NCBI GenBank assembly: GCA_913061275.1
Contig: CAJXSR010000007.1
Span: forward strand, 29,410-93,409
Length of the DNA: 64,000 nucleotides
Origin: an uncultured Rhodobacteraceae bacterium
GTDB taxonomy: Bacteria > Pseudomonadota > Alphaproteobacteria > Rhodobacterales > Rhodobacteraceae
Direction: 5' to 3'
This document shows positions 57,903-64,000 of the stretch, in pieces. Positions within the stretch are counted from its first letter, which is position 1. Each line of letters opens with the position of its first letter. The translations under genes and the position numbers were made by a program. The notes under the pieces were generated by a model, which was given only the letters and a program-made list of their open reading frames with translations, was not told where the DNA came from and did no database searches.

Positions 57903-59420
57903 TCATGTCTCTACAGGTTCCACTGTTAACTCCAACGCGGGCGGTGGGACGTCTTTTAAATCACTCACATCCAGCGGCCAGTCAGGTTTGCCCAAGCGGT
58001 AGCGCGTCACCCAGTGCAGCCGTGTTTCTGCCCGTGTGATCGCCACATAAACCAGACGTTTCCACATTGGAATTCCGGCTTCCGTTCGCCCTGCACGTGC
58101 GGCCGCATAAATGTCTGGTGCAAACACCTGCACCTCTGGCCATTGTGACCCCTGCGCTTTATGAATGGTACACGCCGCCCCGTGCAAAAAACTGGCCCCC
58201 ATACGCGCGGCATATGGTATAAACGGCTCTTCTTGATCGGGGGCTTCGATTTTGATGATGGTGGCAGCCGACACATAAGGATCAACCGCCCCCAGCACAT
58301 TCAGGCGTGAAAAACCGGGCTTACGTCCTTCCCCCAGATAAACCACCTGCGCGCCTTTAATCAGACCACGTGCCTCTAAATCCAGTCGTTTTTTACGGTG
58401 CTTTGCAGGCAGCTCAATCCCGTCACAAATCAACGGCTCACCCGGCAACAACATATCGGATGGTGCATCATAGGCATTACGAAAAGCCTGTATCAGGCGA
58501 ATGCGGGTGGCGTTGCGCCAACATAAAACAGGGGATCGTGCCATTAGGCTTGCCTCTACACGTGGCGCGATAACTACACGATCGTCTTTCGCCGCTGCCT
58601 GTTCAATCATCCGCTCAAACGCTTCAAAAGTCAGTGCTGGGTCTGACAGCGCATGGGCCAAATCAAGGATCGGGCTGTCTTGTTCTTGGCGATGCACACG
58701 GCTTAGAACCAAGGTGTGTTGTTTGCCTACTTTGTCAAAAGCCATCGAGCCTGATTGCCCCACAGGGGCTAGTTGTGCAGGGTCACCAAACAAGATTAGA
58801 GTAGTGAATATATCACAAAGGTCGGCAAACTGTTTATCGTCCAACATCGAGCTTTCATCGATGAACCCTATATCCAGCGGCTCTTCACGGCGTTTCCAAC
58901 CAATGATAAAGTCTGATCCCCGTACCCCTGCGGTAGCCAAAGCACCCGGAATGGATTTATTCGATTTGTAAAACAGCGCGGCACGGTCAAGGGCTGCATC
59001 GGCTATGCCTTCAATCTCTGGTCGTTCGCCATTGCCTGCCAGCCATTCGGCAATCTTTTCATACTCAGGATCGTATAGCGGCGTGTAAAGAATGCGGTGA
59101 ATGGTGGTTGCAGCAACACCATGATTGCGCAACACACTGGCCGCTTTGTTGGTGGGGGCAAGAATGGCAAGGGTGCGGCGATCTTTGCGCGCTTTACCTT
59201 CGTAATCACCCGAAATAATATCAACACCCGCATCAGATAATGCTTCACCAAGTTTTGCCAACAGCATGGTCTTGCCTGACCCTGCTTTACCTAAAACAGC
59301 AAATACCTGCGCTTTGCCGCTTTCTGGCAGCAACGTTGCATTATCCAAATCAACGCCTGCACGTAAAAGTGCTTGGCTAATGGTGTCATAAGCAGTGGCC
59401 TGATCTTCGGAAAATTGCAT
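57903..59420 (-). CDS. SF1 (RecD/Pif1-like) DNA helicase
   Basis: Walker A GKAGSGKT, Walker B FIDESSM, FGDPAQLAPV, TIHKAQGSQW and YVAITRA motifs. Confidence 0.88.
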   Translation of the reverse strand: MQFSEDQATAYDTISQALLRAGVDLDNATLLPESGKAQVFAVLGKAGSGKTMLLAKLGEALSDAGVDIISGDYEGKARKDRRTLAILAPTNKAASVLRNHGVAATTIHRILYTPLYDPEYEKIAEWLAGNGERPEIEGIADAALDRAALFYKSNKSIPGALATAGVRGSDFIIGWKRREEPLDIGFIDESSMLDDKQFADLCDIFTTLILFGDPAQLAPVGQSGSMAFDKVGKQHTLVLSRVHRQEQDSPILDLAHALSDPALTFEAFERMIEQAAAKDDRVVIAPRVEASLMARSPVLCWRNATRIRLIQAFRNAYDAPSDMLLPGEPLICDGIELPAKHRKKRLDLEARGLIKGAQVVYLGEGRKPGFSRLNVLGAVDPYVSAATIIKIEAPDQEEPFIPYAARMGASFLHGAACTIHKAQGSQWPEVQVFAPDIYAAARAGRTEAGIPMWKRLVYVAITRAETRLHWVTRYRLGKPDWPLDVSDLKDVPPPALELTVEPVET

Positions 59421-59486
59421 GGCTTTGGGAGATTCTCTATTTTATTCCCATAGTCTATATGAACCGCCTATGATGTGACCAGAGGA

Positions 59487-60125
59487 TTAGGCAGATTGCT
59501 CCTGCCCTGTTTCAACACTAAATGCCTGATTGATCCATAGTGACGATAAATCTGGTGCAATCCGCGATTTTTGACAAAGTTGAATACGTATATCTTGCGA
59601 AAACTCCCAAAGACCAACCTGAACTTTTTCGCGCCCTGAACCTGATTGCCCGATTATTTCCGGTGACCAACCCAACGCGCTATAAATTCGGGTAATTCTA
59701 GGGTCAAACACACCAACCGCATGAGACAAGTGAAACCGAAGCCCTACTTCGCAGCCAGCCAACATGATGGCTGCCGATATGCGTTCCGCTTGATTGCCAA
59801 CATCGGGTGACAGACAAAATCGCGTGCTTTCCCATATTAGTGGACTACAAATAGTGCCACCTGCGACATCGGAAAAATGATCGTTCACCATGCACATGCC
59901 CGTTGTCGGCAGAATACGCATTGATCCACCGTGCTGGCCATTTGCCCTGCGCCAAATCGCATACATCGGATTTAAAGCATCATATTCATCCTTCTCATAC
60001 CCGTTTTTATCTATGCTAACATCCCACCTCAAACGTTCGCCAAATTGTGTGGCGCGATCCTTAAACATTGAGTCTTGTAGTTTCGGGTAATTATTTAATT
60101 CGTCTGCGTATAGGTAACACAACAT
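59487..60125 (-). CDS. luxI: Acyl-homoserine-lactone synthase (LuxI family)
   Basis: FKDRATQFGERLRWDV...DEYD...WESTRFC conserved LuxI blocks. SD is AGGAG. Confidence 0.92.
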   Translation of the reverse strand: MLCYLYADELNNYPKLQDSMFKDRATQFGERLRWDVSIDKNGYEKDEYDALNPMYAIWRRANGQHGGSMRILPTTGMCMVNDHFSDVAGGTICSPLIWESTRFCLSPDVGNQAERISAAIMLAGCEVGLRFHLSHAVGVFDPRITRIYSALGWSPEIIGQSGSGREKVQVGLWEFSQDIRIQLCQKSRIAPDLSSLWINQAFSVETGQEQSA

Positions 60126-60226
60126 TGTGGCTGCTCCTGAATTGTTGCGAAGGACAACGTATTCATAAGCAGTTCTTGGTTAATATTTAATTGCCGAACG
60201 ATGTGTTAATATATTGTAAATAATAG

Positions 60227-60967
60227 CTAAATATTTATTAAGCCGTTGGAAACTGCGCGCGCTACTGCATTTACAGTGTTCAATGCACCCAATTTAAACC
60301 GCGCACTTTCAATATAGACACGCAAGGTATGTTCGGAAATATTCAGATGCTCTGCCACCTGTGATCTACTGCGGCCCGTACCCAGATAAGTCAGCGCATC
60401 CACCTCTCTGGGGGACAGTGTTGTGTACAATCTGTTAACACCCTGATGTTCAATACTGCGGGCTTTTTGGTGCAGATAATGTGCGCCAAGTAACAGCATT
60501 TGCATATGATCTTCGCAAAACCGTAACCAATACTCATCAGATGCAGTATGACTTAATGAGAACAATGATAATTCGCCGTTTGGGCCGCGCACTGGGATCG
60601 ATATGCCCTGATTGCCAACCCCGCCATCAATCGCATCTACCAACATTAAACGTGCAGGTTTGCTATCCCATGATAGTGATTTCCAGTCATAGGGATGAAA
60701 TCGTTGAAAGGCATTTAAGACAACTGGATCAACCCGGTATAGCTTTTCTTTTTCGTAGTAATTGGCCCAATCATTCGAATAGGTCACAATCGCAAATGGT
60801 TCGCCTTTGCGGTTAGCGGCATGATATACAGCATGTTCAACTTCAAACAGACCGCGCAACCCTTCTATAAAATCATGCAAATCTTCAAACGTATTACACG
60901 AAGCAAGCCGGTCACAAAAAATCTGTAGTTTCGTTTGAACGAAGTTCCGCAGTGTTATTTCCCCCAT
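60227..60967 (-). CDS. luxR: LuxR-family AHL-responsive transcriptional regulator
   Basis: N-terminal autoinducer-binding domain (YSNDWANYY...DPV) and C-terminal LuxR HTH (LSPREVDALTYLGTGRSRSQVAEHLNISEHTLRVYI). Confidence 0.92.
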   Translation of the reverse strand: MGEITLRNFVQTKLQIFCDRLASCNTFEDLHDFIEGLRGLFEVEHAVYHAANRKGEPFAIVTYSNDWANYYEKEKLYRVDPVVLNAFQRFHPYDWKSLSWDSKPARLMLVDAIDGGVGNQGISIPVRGPNGELSLFSLSHTASDEYWLRFCEDHMQMLLLGAHYLHQKARSIEHQGVNRLYTTLSPREVDALTYLGTGRSRSQVAEHLNISEHTLRVYIESARFKLGALNTVNAVARAVSNGLINI

Positions 60968-61097
60968 TTTGCGGCGCCATTTCTATGGCGGCTATATGGA
61001 TTGTATCGTCGAGCTGTTCAGCCAGTTTCCCCATTTTATTTGTTTTGGCGAATTTACGTAAATCCGCAAGCACATCGATCATCCAGTTTTCTGTCAT
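60912..61097 (-). CDS. Candidate small protein (61 aa) upstream of and overlapping luxR
   Basis: ATG is preceded by AAGAGGA at optimal spacing. Helical-looking N-terminal 40 aa (MTENWMIDVLADLRKFAKTNKMGKLAEQLDDTIHIAAIEMA). Overlaps the luxR start by 56 nt in another frame. Confidence 0.5.
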   Translation of the reverse strand: MTENWMIDVLADLRKFAKTNKMGKLAEQLDDTIHIAAIEMAPQNGGNNTAELRSNETTDFL

Positions 61098-61118
61098 GTC
61101 TATCCTCTTTAAGAATGG

Positions 61119-61134
61119 TTAATAGAAAGTTAAC
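61119..61134. promoter_or_regulatory. Perfect CtrA-box consensus TTAA-N7-TTAAC
   Basis: TTAAtagaaagTTAAC, 22-37 nt upstream of the small-ORF ATG. Confidence 0.5.
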
Positions 61135-61157
61135 ACTACCTTAACACGAGTTAGATT

Positions 61158-61181
61158 TGTGATATATTCACCTTTATCACA
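61158..61181. promoter_or_regulatory. 7-10-7 dyad TGTGATA-N10-TATCACA (candidate regulator/lux-type box)
   Basis: Perfect inverted arms seen directly. A further TGTGAT half-site lies at 61201-61206. Confidence 0.3.
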
Positions 61182-61277
61182 TACCCATAAATAGCGAGGG
61201 TGTGATTTCTAACATATTGATCTTACTGAATTCAATCATTTAAGTACATCAAAGGAAGTACAATTTCCAGATACGCA

Positions 61278-61302
61278 TAAAAAAGCACCGCTGTGCGGTG
61301 CT
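61278..61302 (-). terminator. Rho-independent terminator of ppaC
   Basis: Minus strand AGCACCGC-aca-GCGGTGCT followed by TTTTTT. Confidence 0.85.
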
Positions 61303-61326
61303 TTTCCTTAAGGCTAGTTAGTTTTA

Positions 61327-62241
61327 TTAAACGGCAAGGTTCGGGATAATTTGTTTCTTGCGTGAAACCACCCCAGGCAAAATGACATTGTCACCAGTAA
61401 CACTTACGTCAAATGATTTTTCCGCAACCTGTTTTACCATATCATTCGGTATCAACAATGTTGCTTGCTCTTTCAATATATCGACAACAAACAATAAGAC
61501 ATGATCCACGCCATCTTCAGCAGCAACCGTAGACATTGTATCGATCAAGCTTGCTTTACGTGACAAAACTGTTTCAGGGCTGGTAGTTTCCAGTACAGAG
61601 ACACGAAATTTAGTGCCATCAACCGCATATTCTTTGCTGTCCAGACGCAGTAATTCAGCATCCATATAATGCGACACATCCGATTTGGCTGCGAACATTT
61701 CAGCCGCATAGGCCGAAATGTCCAAACCCAGCTCTTCGGCCAAAGATTTTGCTAAAGAAACATCTACATCCGTAGTGGTTGGGCTGCGAAACTCTAACGT
61801 ATCAGACAGAATACACGACAAGATCAAACCTTTGATCGAATCCGGTGCCGTAGCCAGATCATCGCCCATCATATTGGCCATCACAGTGGCAGTAGCGGCC
61901 ACAGGTTCTATGGTGATGTTGATCGGTTGTTTGGTTTTCAATCCGCCCACAAGCATATGGTGGTCAATGATTTCAATCACTGTCGCATCATTGATACCCT
62001 CTGGCAGCTCGGCTGGGTTATTGGTGTCGACGATGATAACCATATCATCGGCATCAACCTCTTGCAAAAGTGCGGGTGTTTCGTAACCCCAGCGTGTTAA
62101 AACAAACGCCGCTTCGGTATTGGGTTCACCCAACACATAGGGGGTCGCTTCTACATCCTTAGTGCCTAAAAACCAGCTCCAGATAATTGCGGAACCAGTT
62201 GCATCTGTGTCGGGGGCTTTATGCCCGAAAATTTTAATCAT
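61327..62241 (-). CDS. ppaC: Manganese-dependent inorganic pyrophosphatase (family II, DHH)
   Basis: GHKAPDTDATGSAI, VDTNN and DHH(M) motifs; 304 aa. Confidence 0.92.
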   Translation of the reverse strand: MIKIFGHKAPDTDATGSAIIWSWFLGTKDVEATPYVLGEPNTEAAFVLTRWGYETPALLQEVDADDMVIIVDTNNPAELPEGINDATVIEIIDHHMLVGGLKTKQPINITIEPVAATATVMANMMGDDLATAPDSIKGLILSCILSDTLEFRSPTTTDVDVSLAKSLAEELGLDISAYAAEMFAAKSDVSHYMDAELLRLDSKEYAVDGTKFRVSVLETTSPETVLSRKASLIDTMSTVAAEDGVDHVLLFVVDILKEQATLLIPNDMVKQVAEKSFDVSVTGDNVILPGVVSRKKQIIPNLAV

Positions 62242-62329
62242 GTCGTTGCCATTTATGTGATTTCGCGGCCCTTATAGGCGGGTAACTGGCAGGTGTCACC
62301 CCAATGATCGCATCTATTTTGTCGCAATT

Positions 62330-63709
62330 TCAGCCTAAATGCGCAATGGCGTTGGAATAATAGCTTAGCAAAGGTATCTCATCCGATACCAGATGATACT
62401 TTTCATCTTTTTCAACGATCACTTTGCGCAATACCAATATTCGCAAACCAACCTCTACAGCATATTCAAAATTCTTATGGGGAATGTGCATATAAGCCCC
62501 TTTTTCCAGCAACCGTTCGCGTTGCGTATCGCACTTCTTTATCACCATATCTTTTGTCAGCGGTGTTTTCTGGTTACTTAGGAAAACGCGTGCCACAAGG
62601 GACACGGGCAAGATCGGGATCACAGCACCAACTTTGATCATAAGCTCTTTGCCCAATGCTTTGGTTATCGCTTCATGTTTGCGTGGGCCTTTGGATTGTA
62701 CAAATTCTTTGAATGATATTGGGTCGCCAAAACTGACACTTGCATAACCAAAGCGATAAAACTTACCCGTTATCCGCAAAGCTATTTGGCGCCCAAAAAA
62801 TCGGAAAAACGCCATCGCTTTTGTAAGACCGCTGGTTTTCTTACCTTCATCAGAAGCTAAAAGAACCCGATCCTCTAACACCCGATCGTAATTCAATCCC
62901 ACAGGTACAAAGTAAATATCGCGGCTGGTTTCAGGATCAAAGTCAGAAACCATGTAGTTCAATAACCCCAGTTTTGCTGGTTTCAGCTTACCGTCACGTG
63001 TCAGACCGCCCTCTGGGAAAACAGCCTGCGTCACCCCTGCTTCTGTTGCCATTTTCACATAGCGCGCCAAAACACGTCGATACAGTTGGTTACGTGAACG
63101 ACGGCGGATAAAATACGCCCCCAAACTGCTAATCAACGGCTTTAAGGGCCAGACCCGCGCCCATTCACCTACAGCATAAGACAAAGCCGATCGTGATGCG
63201 GCAAGATAAGTGACCAAAATATAATCCATGTTGGATCGGTGGTTCATCACAAAAACAACCGTCGCCTGTTTATCAATCGCCTGTAAAGCTTTTTCATCCA
63301 CATATCCCAAACGTACGCGGTAAAGTGAACGCGACATCCAGCGGGCGATTTTTATAGCAATACCAAAGTAACCCGCCGCTGAAAATGACGGTACAATTTC
63401 ACGCGCATAACGATGCGCCATTTGTTCAACCACAGGATAAGGCATTTGTTCAGTTTGAGAATGTTCAATAATCGCTTCAATCACTTGTGGATCATAGGCC
63501 AGTCGATCAATCATCACCTGTCTTTTGGTCAATTTGAACGGTTGGATTTTCAGTTGCAATTTCTCATTCAAGACCGTAATTGCTTTGTTCATACGGCGGC
63601 GAAGATACCAGCGCACTGTGGGCATTAATATACGGTCTAGCAAACCAATCATTGCCAATATGCCAGCCAACCAAACCGTCCATGCGGGTATTTCTATTGT
63701 TTCAAACAT
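62330..63709 (-). CDS. PlsB-like glycerolipid acyltransferase
   Basis: HX4D motif (VMNHRSNMDY), FPEGGLTRDG block, N-terminal TM. Confidence 0.8.
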   Translation of the reverse strand: MFETIEIPAWTVWLAGILAMIGLLDRILMPTVRWYLRRRMNKAITVLNEKLQLKIQPFKLTKRQVMIDRLAYDPQVIEAIIEHSQTEQMPYPVVEQMAHRYAREIVPSFSAAGYFGIAIKIARWMSRSLYRVRLGYVDEKALQAIDKQATVVFVMNHRSNMDYILVTYLAASRSALSYAVGEWARVWPLKPLISSLGAYFIRRRSRNQLYRRVLARYVKMATEAGVTQAVFPEGGLTRDGKLKPAKLGLLNYMVSDFDPETSRDIYFVPVGLNYDRVLEDRVLLASDEGKKTSGLTKAMAFFRFFGRQIALRITGKFYRFGYASVSFGDPISFKEFVQSKGPRKHEAITKALGKELMIKVGAVIPILPVSLVARVFLSNQKTPLTKDMVIKKCDTQRERLLEKGAYMHIPHKNFEYAVEVGLRILVLRKVIVEKDEKYHLVSDEIPLLSYYSNAIAHLG

Positions 63710-63764
63710 AGCGTAAACGTATCAGGTAATTAGCAATACCAAAGAAAAACGTTAGGGAACGGCG

Positions 63765-64000
63765 ATGATATATCGAAAACTTGGTGCAAATGGCCCCAAA
63801 ATAAGTGCTATCGGGTTGGGTTGTATGAGTTTTGCAGGTTTTTTTGGCTCTACCGATGATCGCTCTAGCTATGACTGCCTGTCGGCCGCGATTGATATGG
63901 GGATAGATTTTTTAGATACAGCAGATGTGTACGGTATGGGGAAATCTGAAACTGTTATCGGCACGTTTATCAAAAGCCACAAGAACAGTTTTAAGATCGC
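63765..64000 (+). CDS. Aldo/keto reductase, N-terminal part (runs off window end)
   Basis: Own translation: MIYRKLGANGPKISAIGLGCMSFAG...FLDTADVYGMGKSE. Confidence 0.85.
   Translation, partial: MIYRKLGANGPKISAIGLGCMSFAGFFGSTDDRSSYDCLSAAIDMGIDFLDTADVYGMGKSETVIGTFIKSHKNSFKI

Noticed and set aside
60126-60226. lux-box type 18-20-bp palindrome between luxR and luxI
   Set aside because: Only short or distant inverted pairs are present (CTGCT..N30..AGCAG and GTTG-N7-CAAC). Nothing resembles a compact lux/tra box, and the region is just AT-rich with an AGGAG SD.
61158-61181. Interpreting TGTGATA-N10-TATCACA as a CRP/FNR site
   Set aside because: The TGTGA and TCACA cores are 14 nt apart instead of the canonical 6. 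It is kept only as an unassigned dyad.
1-64000. CRISPR arrays, rRNA, tRNA or tmRNA genes
   Set aside because: No regularly spaced direct repeats and no tRNA-like T-arm or anticodon-arm signatures were spotted in any intergenic region. All larger gaps were read individually.

Overview
64-kb chromosomal segment of an alphaproteobacterium. Gene content and order look Rhodobacterales or marine roseobacter-like, and G+C is roughly 45-50% by eye. Most of it is conserved housekeeping backbone: secD-yajC, serS, surE-pcm-nlpD, dnaG-rpoD, ccmABCDG, ribH2 with an FMN riboswitch, pyrC, dnaB, alr, radA-cvpA-purF, ychF, trpA, rplY, pth, tsaB-rimI, speB and ppaC. Visibly more AT-rich accessory insertions interrupt this backbone. 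(1) A tightly packed arsR-arsC-arsH-PLP dehydratase-MIP channel-PatB/MalY lyase block splits the ccm operon. (2) A low-GC GIY-YIG-like ORF sits 2 nt behind rpoD and is followed by an inverted pair of REP-like palindromes. (3) A 2.7-kb islet with no integrase is bracketed by a 217-bp direct repeat duplicating the 3' end of an SLC13 permease gene. It carries a sulfotransferase and a translationally coupled pair: a small membrane protein and a double zinc-ribbon, membrane-anchored protein. This pair is my best candidate for an undescribed system. (4) A luxR-luxI quorum-sensing locus has an unannotated upstream small ORF, a perfect CtrA box, and an SF1 helicase directly downstream. Other observations: tandem membrane-anchored pentapeptide-repeat paralogs, a four-box DnaA cluster upstream of dnaB, a 44-nt element present three times, and a DUF1304 gene with an in-frame TAA. 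No rRNA, tRNA, CRISPR array, transposase or integrase was recognised. All calls come from reading the translations and sequence by eye; no database search was run.
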